Positions 1-10,725 of a stretch of 45,652 nt of DNA are shown here, piece after piece. The position numbers were made by a program, and so were the translations under genes. Origin of the DNA: Picochlorum sp. SENEW3 (lineage: Eukaryota); contig CP120462.1 in assembly GCA_034226945.1 (NCBI GenBank), forward strand, positions 930,001 to 975,652, given 5' to 3'. The notes under the pieces are model-generated. The model was not told the origin of the DNA and ran no database searches. It saw only the letters and a list, made by a program, of their open reading frames with translations. Every line of letters starts with the position of its first letter. Position 1 is the first letter of the stretch.

Positions 1-839
1 CACCACCGAGCCAGGCCCGACCATTCTTATCGACAAAAACTCCATTAGATATGCCAATCGAACAAATGCGACGCACAAGTTCTTCACTGGCATGTTTGGA
101 CGGCTGAGCATGCAGGCTCGCAGACTCCAATATAGCTTCTCTGGGATTTCTGCAACCTCGGACTGACAAGACGTTGGAGCTATTATTCAGCAGTGTGCAT
201 TCGATCGCAGGGACCATGATACCTCCCTCCGAGGCTGTTTCTCGCGGTATGCAATTCATAGCGCACCAGCAACGAAGATCAGTCTCCACCAGCGGCATCA
301 TGCGTTGTAACGCCTCCTCGTCCAGGCTTTCCAATGCTGCGGACACCTGGAAATCCCACTGCTCGACATCTCCCCTGTTGGCCCTTTTGGAAATATCTTT
401 TGACTTGACATCCATGATTCGTATGCCATCGTTCGAGGAAAGGGAGACGGACGCTTCATGGGCCATGATGGCATCATTGTGAATGCTTGCACGTACTCTG
501 GACTCGTACTCAACCTTCAGCACCTTTGTCACATTGGATCGGAGGAGAGAGATAAAACTCTTTCCGAAACAAAGGGGAGATATATCGTGTTGCGCTTCAT
601 GCCTTGATTCCGCAGAGAGCTTGATGTTGACTGCATGAACAACAACATTATGCATGAGTACCTCGGAAACGCGTGGGAAAGACGCACCGAGTGCAAGCAA
701 AACAATAAAGACACGTACAAGTTATAACATATTTTTCTGAATTATTGCTCGATTGATGCACGCGCACGTGGATATTGTGGCACATGTATTGAGAGACCAG
801 GTTCGACAGACTTGCCACGATGCTCTGAGAAAGTGACAT
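1..839 (-). CDS. Uncharacterised protein, 3'-truncated by the window edge. Exons 839-719 and 630-<1. Weak resemblance to degenerate GHKL / MTOPVIB-like proteins.
   Basis: ATG at 839 (MSLSQSIVASL). Intron 718-631 (GTACGT...CATGCAG) joins in frame (KYVIT-F-NIKLS) to a stop-free frame running off the left end. Confidence 0.65.
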
Positions 840-948
840 TGCGTGCTCCTCGTTAATCTGTATTGACAGGATGGATATCTAATATACAATAAAATAATAC
901 TTGAATATAATAATACAGTGCACGAACGGGCAGTGCCATCAAAATGAG

Positions 949-2283
949 TTAACACCCGACGGGTCTTGGCGTGTACATCTCAGAAAGGTACAGCAAGTGG
1001 TCTGCCAGGGAGGAGCAAAAGCCAAAGCGACAAGCACCTCTGTGGCACTTTGGATCTTCACCAGATCCGTCGCAGACACCTACTAGAGTTCTACTAGGAA
1101 CCACGTCTACGATCCATATTTCTTGCGCGATATGAGAGAATCCCATGTACATGGGCGGGAGAGAAGGTATCATGTCTCTGTTATGGGTGAACCTGAGATG
1201 CTGCGGAATGGTCTTGCCGTACCAAGATGCAAACACAGAGTTTCCCACCCGCGGGGAACCAAACGTTATCAGGCGAACATCCGGAATTTTTAATCTCAGT
1301 TTCATTTCGAGGGCGCACAGCGTGGCAAGCGCACCTCCCAGGGAGTGTCCCGAGACAAAGACGGTGGGCATTGACCCAAGGTTCTCATCACCAGCGTCCC
1401 TCAACATGCCCTGGTCCCATCCCGCGCCCGAACCTCCACCTGAGCCCCTCGGGTGTTGTCGTCGCTTTGATATGATATTTAGAACAGCCTCTGTCACGTT
1501 CCCCGCCAGGTATGAACTATTGTACGAATAAAAGAAACCCCCGTGCACAAGGGCCTGTGGTGGCATTGCTTCGTATGAGAGTGATAGGTCCGTCCTCCAT
1601 GTCTTCATGTTCTCCACCCAGTTATAATACGAGTGACTGTCAGTCCCTCTGAATGATATGATAATCCCGTCCAAATCATCACTCCATCCTACAAAGCCTT
1701 GCAAATCCCACAGCGGATCAAAAATAGCCCTTTCCAAGACAAAGCCATCCGTGCAACGAGAACAGTTCCAATTTTCGATGTTCTCCGGACGGCAGTACGA
1801 TGCCGCGACGAACTCTGAAACAGCTTTTGCCACGCCAATATCAAGCAATCCACTGCCAGCCTTGGCGTACATGGCTTTGCTGTCGAGCAGCCAGGAGAGG
1901 CTCCCTGGTACCAGGTATGCAGCGTCCGAGGAGTTGTACGTGTACCAGGGGACTGGTTGATCCTTTGGATTCTTTCTATGTGGCCACCACCAAGAAAATC
2001 TGTCGTCTACGCCGTTCGACCGTCTGACCATGCGTTGTTCTGCTATAAGAGACTCTGGAAGCCACAACCGCGCTGTGGCACCAAGCCTGCCGTCCGAACC
2101 CATCGGAGAGACGTCTATCGCCTTGAGTTCGGCATTCCAAGGCCACCACCATCTCATATAGTTGTAACATTCTCGAGCCGTAGGCATTCCAAGTCCTCCC
2201 GGTGCAAGAGCCAAAGCCACAACAACCACCGAAACCAGGAGTGCCCCGCTTGCCAAGGTGAGGCAGCAGCGATTTCTATGCAT
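949..2283 (-). CDS. Class 3 (fungal-type) triacylglycerol lipase with N-terminal signal or anchor
   Basis: 444 aa ORF with SFRGT, VHGGF, GHSLGG nucleophile elbow, TFGSPRVGN, HNRDMIP and DHLLY, plus a hydrophobic N-terminus. Confidence 0.92.
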   Translation of the reverse strand: MHRNRCCLTLASGALLVSVVVVALALAPGGLGMPTARECYNYMRWWWPWNAELKAIDVSPMGSDGRLGATARLWLPESLIAEQRMVRRSNGVDDRFSWWWPHRKNPKDQPVPWYTYNSSDAAYLVPGSLSWLLDSKAMYAKAGSGLLDIGVAKAVSEFVAASYCRPENIENWNCSRCTDGFVLERAIFDPLWDLQGFVGWSDDLDGIIISFRGTDSHSYYNWVENMKTWRTDLSLSYEAMPPQALVHGGFFYSYNSSYLAGNVTEAVLNIISKRRQHPRGSGGGSGAGWDQGMLRDAGDENLGSMPTVFVSGHSLGGALATLCALEMKLRLKIPDVRLITFGSPRVGNSVFASWYGKTIPQHLRFTHNRDMIPSLPPMYMGFSHIAQEIWIVDVVPSRTLVGVCDGSGEDPKCHRGACRFGFCSSLADHLLYLSEMYTPRPVGC

Positions 2284-2688
2284 CTGCTATGGCTTCTTTT
2301 TTAAATCTCCGTGTGTGTATCTTCGCGACGGAGCCGTTCCAGGACCAAAGGCGTCCTACATGACACCTGTGCTTTTGAAGCAAGGTGTTGCTCACGTGTG
2401 TTTTCAGAAGGTGCACCTCACCACGTACTGTTGGAGCAGTGTTTGAAATTTCGGATTATTCCTGGTGCAGCTTTTGGTCAGCCTTGTAGAGGAGTGGCCT
2501 TATCGGATGCCATGATTTCAAACGCACAAAAAAAAACCTGATCGATATCGATCGATCCGGGCTGCACAATTCCAAACTGCGCCATGGACAATGCTTCAAC
2601 GATCATTCAAGTGCTCATGAGCTGCTGATGGGAGAGAATATATGATTGATAAGTCGTGTAGATAGATAGATACGCGCCAAGTCAGGAC

Positions 2689-3561
2689 ATGTCACACACC
2701 GCTCGTGGTAGTAGCTTTGTGTGCTCTAGCGCAGGAGCCAATGCAAGTGACAGAAAATATTGGTCCCTCCTTCCTCCATTTTCGTCGAGGATCACTCGAA
2801 TGAAACAGGTGCCTCGCAAGGAGGGTGTGCACGTGTTGACACAGCCTCTCAAGCCCCCTGGCTTGCCAGACATTCGTTTGAGCATGGCAGCAGTTGAGCT
2901 AGAGCATGAAAGCGGGCTGGCCTTGATCGGCGCACTGGCGCCAACGAATGAGTTGCTGTCGCATATAGAGATGCTGGGAAAGCCCGTCAGACATATTCTT
3001 CTGCCCAACACGTCTCCTGAGCACTGGATATTTGGCCCCGATCTTTCTCGTTGCTACCAAGATGCAAAGATGTGGGTCGTCAAAGGTTTTATGGAAGGCA
3101 AGGGTGTTCCTCTTCCTGGGAGATCGCTGCTTTTTAGAGAAGCACAAAAAAGGGGTATCCTGAAAACGATTCCTTCAGGTGGTGAGGTGAACGATGAATT
3201 TCCCCTGCAAGATATTGGAGCATACACTCTAGACGTTCCATTTTTCATCGAATCGCTCATTCATTTGAAAGAAAAAGACATCATCATGGTCGCAGACACG
3301 GGAATTTTCCTGTCTTCTGATGACGACGAGTACAGTTCTGGCAAAGTGAACACAGCACTTGCGGAGTCTCTAGGGATCTGGAACAAGCTCGGGCCGATCA
3401 CGAAAGTTGTGCAAGAAACATACGATGTAGAATCTAGAAAATGGGCTCAACAAGTGCTGGATGATGCCGAATTTGATATGGTTCTTGCTGCACATGGAAC
3501 CCCAATTGTGGCTGACGGAAAACATCAGTTTCGACAATGTTTCTCGTTCTTATTTGATTGA
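2689..3561 (+). CDS. DUF4336-family protein (metallo-beta-lactamase-like fold)
   Basis: 290 aa ORF with KYWSLLPP, ALAPTNELL, VRHILLPNTSPEHWIF, VADT and AAHG motifs typical of algal/cyanobacterial DUF4336. Start uncertain. Confidence 0.65.
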   Translation: MSHTARGSSFVCSSAGANASDRKYWSLLPPFSSRITRMKQVPRKEGVHVLTQPLKPPGLPDIRLSMAAVELEHESGLALIGALAPTNELLSHIEMLGKPVRHILLPNTSPEHWIFGPDLSRCYQDAKMWVVKGFMEGKGVPLPGRSLLFREAQKRGILKTIPSGGEVNDEFPLQDIGAYTLDVPFFIESLIHLKEKDIIMVADTGIFLSSDDDEYSSGKVNTALAESLGIWNKLGPITKVVQETYDVESRKWAQQVLDDAEFDMVLAAHGTPIVADGKHQFRQCFSFLFD

Positions 3562-3589
3562 TTTGATTTGATTCTCAGATTTCCATACA

Positions 3590-5149
3590 TTATAAATAAA
3601 TAAAGTCGTTTTTTTCTAAGAATACAATGGTAGGCTTCCCGAACACATCAACCTCTGCCTTCACCTTGTTGGAATCCTGTGAGTCCTCCAAGACAACCCC
3701 TTCAAAATCTTTGAAGGCCCCGGAAACAACCTCGATTGCTGCACCTAAAGAATCTCCTTCTCGCTCTACATTTTGTTGTGGAGTCTCCATACCAGCCGCG
3801 CTACTCACCGAGGACGTGTCCCCTTGGTTATCATCCCACCAGGCCAAATCATCATCATCATCCACATGTTTTGCTTCTAAATCACTCCAGTCGCTTGCAG
3901 CTTGGTCATCAAATGCATTCAGCCATTCGCCATTATTTGAATCGCTTGGGTTGCCAGCCTGCAAAGACCAGATTTCTGTTGGAGAGTTTTCCTTGCCACG
4001 GTCAACATGTGTGACACTGGAATCATCATCTGTGAGGGAGCCCCCTGACTCGGCTAGCCAGACAGACGAGCTGCTGTCGTCGGCCCACATATTTCCCAGT
4101 TCTTCAGACCACGAGTCTTCATTTGATGAATCCCCTCCATACCAATCATTGGAATTATCCTCCCAGGAATCGTATCCGTCATTAGAAGAAAACAAGCCCG
4201 ATCTCTTCTGGGATTTTTGTCCTTTCCTGCTACTCCTAGATGTGTTCTCCTCGGCAAAATCAAGAAGATCAGTTGGAGGAGGAGGAGGAGGCAGGCCCAT
4301 TTCCTCGCGAACTTGCTCTTCCAGGATTGGATCCAGGTTATTCTCCCATTCCCGGAGGCGGGCTAGAAGGTCATCATCGGCAGGCAAAGGGAATTCTTCT
4401 CCACGAAAAACCTCTCGATGGTGAAATCCCAAAATATTTATGTTTCCCCGAAGTATACCTGCAATGTGCGAGTCCAGATTCGCCCTCAGCATAACCCAAC
4501 CTCCACCATCATACCTGATCAATTTGTTCCCCATCTTCTCCGTCTTTGGACTCCACGCGCGAACACCCTTGGAAATATCCCATGTCTCAATTTCCTGCAT
4601 TCCATCAGGGTCTTCCAGGGCCTCCCGCAACTGCTGATACCTTCTCTCGATCGCCGCACAGGTCTGCTTCTCTCTTCCTATGGTGACTCTGAGTGCCCAC
4701 CAACAAGGGACGTCATCGCCGTGCACACCAACCCTCGGCCGCCATGTGCCGTCTTCCACCCTGTAAAAATATTTGCGGAATTTCCTTTCCTGCTCCTCCT
4801 GGCCCTCTACAAACGAGATTTTCGGCTCCTGCCGTCGAGAACCACGAGAAGCCTGCTTATCCCGCTTGCGACTCTGCCGAGCCTCCAATTCCTCTTTCTG
4901 GGTCTCCAAGTCTTCTTTTGAGTACATTTTCAAAATATTAGCCAATCTATTCGGACCATCTGCCTCAGTTTCCTCGGGCTTGGTCGCCCTCGTGAGACAA
5001 AAAGAATGCCAGTTGCGGTATGAAATTTTGGGCCGCTGCAGTTGTCGACCCCTTCTAAAGTTTTCTGCCACATTTATCCTTCTCGAACTGAGCATCACAG
5101 TGTCCTCCCGACTCGATCCGAGCGAAAAACACTTTGCAGTGACGCGCAT
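3590..5149 (-). CDS. Plastid NusG-like transcription factor (pTAC13-like): NGN domain, acidic linker, C-terminal KOW
   Basis: WWALRVTIGREKQ (NGN start) and C-terminal IEVVSGAFKDFEGVV...KVKAEVDVFGKPTIVFL (KOW). Transit-peptide-like N-terminus from ATG 5149. Confidence 0.85.
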   Translation of the reverse strand: MRVTAKCFSLGSSREDTVMLSSRRINVAENFRRGRQLQRPKISYRNWHSFCLTRATKPEETEADGPNRLANILKMYSKEDLETQKEELEARQSRKRDKQASRGSRRQEPKISFVEGQEEQERKFRKYFYRVEDGTWRPRVGVHGDDVPCWWALRVTIGREKQTCAAIERRYQQLREALEDPDGMQEIETWDISKGVRAWSPKTEKMGNKLIRYDGGGWVMLRANLDSHIAGILRGNINILGFHHREVFRGEEFPLPADDDLLARLREWENNLDPILEEQVREEMGLPPPPPPTDLLDFAEENTSRSSRKGQKSQKRSGLFSSNDGYDSWEDNSNDWYGGDSSNEDSWSEELGNMWADDSSSSVWLAESGGSLTDDDSSVTHVDRGKENSPTEIWSLQAGNPSDSNNGEWLNAFDDQAASDWSDLEAKHVDDDDDLAWWDDNQGDTSSVSSAAGMETPQQNVEREGDSLGAAIEVVSGAFKDFEGVVLEDSQDSNKVKAEVDVFGKPTIVFLEKNDFIYL

Positions 5150-5237
5150 GCCCAAAGCGATTTCTACTGAATTTCTTGCATCAAGTATCAAAACAATTCA
5201 TATGAGTATTATTATATGCGTGTAGAGCAATGTGACT

Positions 5238-5486
5238 TTATTTTATTTTATTTCGAGTTTCGTCTTCTTCTAGTTTCTGAGGCCTTTGGAAGACTTTTGC
5301 TTTCTCCTCACCATTGACTGTTTCCCACAGGAAAAACTTGGCAAGATTGATGGCTGCATTCACATCTCAGAGTTGCCAGAAAGCACGCTCACGTCCGTTG
5401 TTCGTGCCGCAGTGTATACACATTAAGATTCGTTTCCAAGTGTGCGGTGTGCATGACAGACGATTGTTTGGCCATTTGCTGCAACA
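5238..5486 (-). pseudogene. Degenerate C-terminal fragment of a Fanzor/TnpB-like nuclease (zinc finger plus RuvC-III)
   Basis: Translation CCSKWPNNRLSCTPHTWKRILMCIHCGTNNGRERAFWQL*DVNAAINLAKFFLWETVNGEEKAKVFQRP. In-frame TGA at 5367-5369 falls where the R of RDxNAAxN is expected. Second copy at 39284-39418. Confidence 0.7.
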
Positions 5487-5705
5487 CCTTTCCTCTTTCC
5501 AAATGTTGTTGCCTTGTTCAACAAAAATAAATGCACAACATGGTGTGCATGAATGCCATATAACATCAGTGACGCTCATAGTAACTGGGAATCGTACCGG
5601 CAGACGTGCATGCAAAATTTGTCAGCAAAACCCCTACATGCAAAATTTTCACATACAAATCTTGGACACGACGACGCGTCCCAGCCACCGCGTGGCAAAT
5701 AACGG

Positions 5706-6497
5706 ATGAAAGTTTTTGAATGGACATCAAAAATATTTTTGACAATGATGATGAGAGGGTCCGCGTTTGCTTCCCTGTTTTTACCGCTTTTGGCTGTGTG
5801 CATCCAAGGCAATGCACAACCTGTTATCAATGTTGGAGCTGGCTGTGGGGACTTGCCACCAGGACCGCCTTCCAATTTGAAAGCTGTTCCAGGAGACAGG
5901 CAGGTGACGCTTTCTTGGGACAAACCAGCGAATGGTGCTTGTGTCAGCATTTACACGGTGAATGCAATTCCTCTTGGGGCTGGAGCTCTGTACTCTTCAC
6001 AGAGTACACCCCAAACACCAGACGTGTCGTATGTGGTCTCAAACCTCCAAAATGGACAACCCTATAGATTTGTTGTCACTGCTGTCAGCACAAAGTATGC
6101 CTCGTCCGGAGGGAATACGGCCTCGATCCAAGCAACACCCCAGGCTACCCCAGCACCGCCACCGTCACCACCCAACAGGCTCTGCCTGAACTGGGTGAGG
6201 CCGAGCGGACCTGGAGATCTCCGAATCGTGGATAAGGGGGCAACATATGCGAAAGCTTGCTGGGATACGCCCACCAACTATGGATGTGCAGACTACTACA
6301 CTGTCAATGTGCAACCAAAGATGCCAACCATGTTGGCATCTGCATTTACTCCAATCAAGATTCAGAGCGGCCAGTGTTACACCGTGCAGAATCTCAGCCC
6401 CAATACTGAGTATGTTATGACAGTCAGTTCTTACAGAGAATTGTATGGAGGTGGTGGCAGTAGCAGTATCGATTTCAAGACCAATTACAGGGTGTAA
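5706..6497 (+). CDS. Secreted protein with two fibronectin type III domains and a Pro-rich linker
   Basis: Signal-peptide-like stretch, PPGPPSNLKAVPGDRQVTLSWDKP...NLQNGQPYRFVVTAV, and a second repeat ending NLSPNTEYVMTVSS. Start could be 5745. Confidence 0.85.
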   Translation: MKVFEWTSKIFLTMMMRGSAFASLFLPLLAVCIQGNAQPVINVGAGCGDLPPGPPSNLKAVPGDRQVTLSWDKPANGACVSIYTVNAIPLGAGALYSSQSTPQTPDVSYVVSNLQNGQPYRFVVTAVSTKYASSGGNTASIQATPQATPAPPPSPPNRLCLNWVRPSGPGDLRIVDKGATYAKACWDTPTNYGCADYYTVNVQPKMPTMLASAFTPIKIQSGQCYTVQNLSPNTEYVMTVSSYRELYGGGGSSSIDFKTNYRV

Positions 6498-6606
6498 TTG
6501 GACACCCAATTGGGATTTTTGTTTTTTTCTTGTTTCGGCGTTCTTTATCAACCGGTTGATGCAAGTTTCAGCTACATGATGTAAGGAATAAAATACGTTT
6601 GTACAT

Positions 6607-8172
6607 TCATTCGTATCGAGTGGTGTTGCCTAGTTCCACTCCATCGTCCACAATACCAGAAATTGCCTTGGATGTGGTCGGAGGTAAATATCCTTGGCTC
6701 TCTAAAATGTGGGCCATGTGCAGGAATAGCTCTATCTGATCCGAAGCTTTCAGTTTGAGGGCAATAGTCAGGACGGATCCCAGCGTGATTGCACTGCGGT
6801 CGGTGAAGGCATGATAGTAGATGTACGAAAATGTCGCCATGACCACTTGGCAGTCCATCCTGTCCGTCATGCCGCCATGCCCTGGAATCGAATGACCAAA
6901 GTCTTTAATATTAAATCCTCTTTTGAATCCAGACGCAAAAAATCCCCCGAAAGGAGCTATGGCAGAAGCAAACAGTGCCAGTGCAATGGCATGGAACTGC
7001 ATTGGAGCAGCATGGATGTGAATGCTATTGATCCAGCTTTGAACATCAGCAGGCAAAAGATTGTGAAAAAGCTCCACTCCTTTAATAAACTTGTGTTCTG
7101 CAAAAAGACTGAGAATATCTATCGCGTTAAAATCGCGTGGTTGAAAAGTTTCAGGAGGTTCTGTGCACTCCATAGGTTGGAAAATCGACAAGTCCGTCCT
7201 CGGGCATGTGAGCCACGCAGATTGCGACATCCATCCAGACAGAAACCAAGAAGCAATCAGTGTCCCCACAAAACCTCCTATGAAGCCTTCCCATGTCTTC
7301 TTCGGTGACAGTTTTATCAGCGGGGTTCGCCCAAAGAAAAACCCTGCAAGGTATGCGGCAATGTCGTTCACGATGACGAGAGCGCACGGCAACAAAAACC
7401 ATATGATTCCCTCAAAAATATTGGACACAAAAAACGATGACGGTAGGAAAACGGTCATCAATATCATGTGTGTCCAGGCGAATTGGCCAAACTGATATGT
7501 ATATGCTCCCTTGTTCAGAGTCAAGACAAAAGCAACAAAGCCGCCAGTGTACAAAGAGAACGAAATTAGAGTGTGCCTCCGTATCATGGTTCCCAAAAGT
7601 CTTGACAGAGCTGCGCTGCTCGTTATTTCTACGATCAAGTTATTCTTGATGAACCTCACGTACACCCAAAATGCAGCCACAAAATAAAAGTACCACTGCT
7701 GTGCACGAAAACCTGGTAGAGAACGCTCTCGCTGCGCCTCCCGTGCCAATTGGAATAATTCTTTCACCATGACGGTCTGTATCGCCAAAACCATGCCCAT
7801 CAGAGGAACATGACCAGCATATATGATGAACGAGAACGATGCTATCAAAACAATGGTCGAGTACAACCTAATCCGAAAAGACTTTAATTTATTTGAGTGT
7901 TCCTGCATATCCAAATATAGAGAAAATGATGGTTATCCTCCGAGGTCCCGTATCTATCAAGGTGCATGAAAATGGGCTTTAATCAAAAGGAAATACTGTA
8001 TGTAACGGACCGACAGAGGTGTTGCCCCAATTCTTGACGTATCTTTGCCGGCTCCTGAGCTCAAAGAGACATGGCCTCTATCTGACATATCATTGTTACT
8101 CTTGCTGCGCGTTCTAGAAGCGATGCATTCGTTGCGGGAGACTGTGTCCCCGTTTCTTCTCCTTGTAGGCAT
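6607..8172 (-). CDS. CDS1: Phosphatidate cytidylyltransferase (CDP-diacylglycerol synthase). Exons 8172-8011 and 7902-6607.
   Basis: LSPKKTWEGFIGG, IKDFGHSIPGHGGMTDRMDCQ and multiple TM segments. Phase-0 intron 8010-7903 (GTCCGT...ATGCAG). Confidence 0.93.
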
Positions 8173-8574
8173 CCACCCCAAAGTTGTTCACACAGGTACA
8201 GTGAGTCACCGCTCGACCACCAAATATTGCCGATGGAATCTGTCCTTGGCCTCTATGAAATTTAATGTGATATCAGCCTTCCTGACTGCGACCTTTTCTC
8301 ACGGGCTGAACTGCGGGCAACCAACTGTGCTCATGCGTAAAGTGCCAGGACTGGTGACCACGGTGTGAGGTGATGGATATTATTATTTGACTATTTGTTC
8401 TTGCCCTTGGTGGGGACCAATGCGCCGGTGGAGCCGCGCAGATTTGTTCATTTGGTCGTAATAATTCGGAGCCCATGGAGTGGCCCATGCTTGGATTGCA
8501 CAAACTCTGCGCTGCTCGATACCTTCGCCGTGATACAATCAATTTAATTTACTATTTAAAGTTATAGAGAGACA

Positions 8575-9057
8575 ATGTCGGCCAAAAAGCTCATCCCCCT
8601 GCTCGATCGTGTTCTCGTCCAGAAGGTTGTCCCCCCAACCAAGTCTGTTGGAGGGGTTCTACTTCCAGACTCCGCGGCGCAAAAGGTATTTGTTTTGTAG
8701 AAATCCTAATTTTTTGTTATATTTGTGGCGTACAAGAGGCGAAACACCGATACATCGCCCATGGAACTAACAAGGGTCCTGTGTTGGCCTGAAAACGTCT
8801 AGAAGCCACCGCCTTGTTGTTCTCACGAATCGCTTCCTGTGCAGATTAATCAAGGGTCAGTCGTGGCTGTGGGGCCCGGTCGAAGGTCGATGAATGGTGA
8901 GATTATTCCAGTGAGTGTAAAGGAAGGGGACAAGGTCCTGCTGCCCGAGTATGGGGGAGTTCAGGTCAAACTTGGAGAGACGCCAGCACCTGGCTCTGAT
9001 GCCCCAGAATTCTATCTGTTCAGGGATGAGGAGCTTCTTGGAATATTGACAGAATGA
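8575..9057 (+). CDS. HSP10: 10 kDa chaperonin (mitochondrial-type HSP10/GroES). Exons 8575-8685 and 8845-9057.
   Basis: [17 protein letters not shown]...GGVLLP joined to [12 protein letters not shown]...[14 protein letters not shown]. Intron 8686-8844. Confidence 0.95.
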
Positions 9058-9096
9058 GGCCGTATAATGGTGTAATTTTCACATAGTATTTTACAA

Positions 9097-10149
9097 TCAT
9101 CCAGAAATTCGGATTTCTGCACCCAGAAGCTCTTTCATTTGCTCGTAGGTCACAAAGGCAATTGCAATCGATGGAACCACCTTGAGGTAATTCGGTCCCA
9201 GTCCCTTGAACAGAGCTCCCAGGCCTTCTTCCCTAAATGTCCTTGCGAAACAGTCTAACATACCCCTATATGCGATGGCATGGCCACTTTCTGCGTGCAA
9301 TTTCTCTGCACCACTCCACCCAGACACCTGCAGTCTTCGGCGAACAACATCAAATGGATACGCAACAGTCTGCCCAGCTGTGCCTGCAACAGCGCCGCAA
9401 GACAATTTTGTGGCTATACTCAAATCTCTTTCATCTCTGTAGTTGTTCGACTTTATCAGCCAATCCTTCAAGGTTTCATACACAGCAAAGTTGAGGCCAA
9501 CATATGGAACAACGCCAATCACAGATGGAAGCCATCCCCTCCACAGAGCCAAGACACCCTCGTTGGCAATAATACTGCGAGTGGCATGCATCATGCCACG
9601 ATACTGCTGCTTGTTTCCCTCTTGAATTGTGATCCTGCCTCGCACCATATCCATGGGGTATGTAGCTGACATTCCTACAATTCCTGCTCCTGCTCCGGCA
9701 CCTAGCCGCAGCAATGGAGTCAGCTGGCCATCCCCACCATTATCGATGAGATGATGTGATATTCTCCTGGAGAGCTGCTCATAAGACATGAACTTGATCG
9801 CCTGGTTCGGGAAAATCCGGATGCAATTCAACCCATTCCCTTTGAACAGGCCCTTCAGCCCATCTGTCCTCCACATGTGCATGGTCCCCTGCCAGATGCC
9901 GGTGTACACCTTTTCATTCCCCTGAATTTGCATCAAAATTTTTAATCTCTCGAGAGGTGCCACGGCAGTTCTGCTCACAGCCCCCGCGACTCCACCTGCA
10001 AGTAGCGACTTTGTAATTTGGGACCATGACAAGTGTCTCTTCTCGGCCTTTTTCTCTGACGCAGGCATGCCCAACTCAACCTTGCTATTCGCGGCCACAC
10101 TCGTCGAATTCTGTCCAGTCACACGGCTGACGCTTGTCTGTACTTGCAT
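9097..10149 (-). CDS. Mitochondrial carrier family protein, ADNT1-like adenine nucleotide carrier
   Basis: Three PX[DE]XX[KR] repeats (PLERLK, PMDMVR, PFDVVR), plus GNGLNCIRIFP and KVVPSIAIAFVTYE. Start uncertain (10149 or 10068). Confidence 0.9.
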   Translation of the reverse strand: MQVQTSVSRVTGQNSTSVAANSKVELGMPASEKKAEKRHLSWSQITKSLLAGGVAGAVSRTAVAPLERLKILMQIQGNEKVYTGIWQGTMHMWRTDGLKGLFKGNGLNCIRIFPNQAIKFMSYEQLSRRISHHLIDNGGDGQLTPLLRLGAGAGAGIVGMSATYPMDMVRGRITIQEGNKQQYRGMMHATRSIIANEGVLALWRGWLPSVIGVVPYVGLNFAVYETLKDWLIKSNNYRDERDLSIATKLSCGAVAGTAGQTVAYPFDVVRRRLQVSGWSGAEKLHAESGHAIAYRGMLDCFARTFREEGLGALFKGLGPNYLKVVPSIAIAFVTYEQMKELLGAEIRISG

Positions 10150-10725
10150 AACCCGATACTCAAGTAAACGTGTCTCCACTCAGAGAAGAAGCGTCTGCTG
10201 AAATGCGAGCAACGTTGCCTTGCTCATACAAGCCAAACCCAGTTCGATATTTCTCCACCAAACTCTTGTTTGTTTGTAAAACGAAGAATTTCACAGTTTT
10301 GCAGGGGCAATCAAGCTTGTTTGTCTGGGTTGTGTGTCAGAGATTCTCTGCAGAGATTGTCGCGCAAACCTTCCGTGCGAGTATGGTAAAGAATTCAATG
10401 ATGTGGTGGACACAGCGAGCCTACAAGGTACTAGAGAGCATTTCTCCAAGAGCATCATCAGGCATCGGGCATCATCGACACTGCAGAGCGAATGGCAGAT
10501 CGTGAGGACCTTGCTAGGGACATTCTAGATTATTAGTCGGCTGAGGCTGTCACTGGACCGGACGGCCTGCAACAAGTTCCGTCGTTGTCATGGTGTGGTG
10601 CATGTACAACCATGTGCAGTGGAACCAGGTCAGTTTTGGAATATATATGCATACATGAGCGGTGGACATTGTTTTCTGAGCAATTCGACGTGACGGGTCC
10701 CCAAGGAGGCAGCACATTTGGACAC

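Noticed and set aside
2540..2553. 14-bp palindrome GATCGATATCGATC in a divergent intergenic gap
   Set aside because: Low-complexity GATC iteration, with no further evidence of function.
5367..5369. In-frame TGA in the Fanzor-like fragment read as selenocysteine
   Set aside because: It aligns with Arg rather than Cys, and is best explained by CGA->TGA decay.
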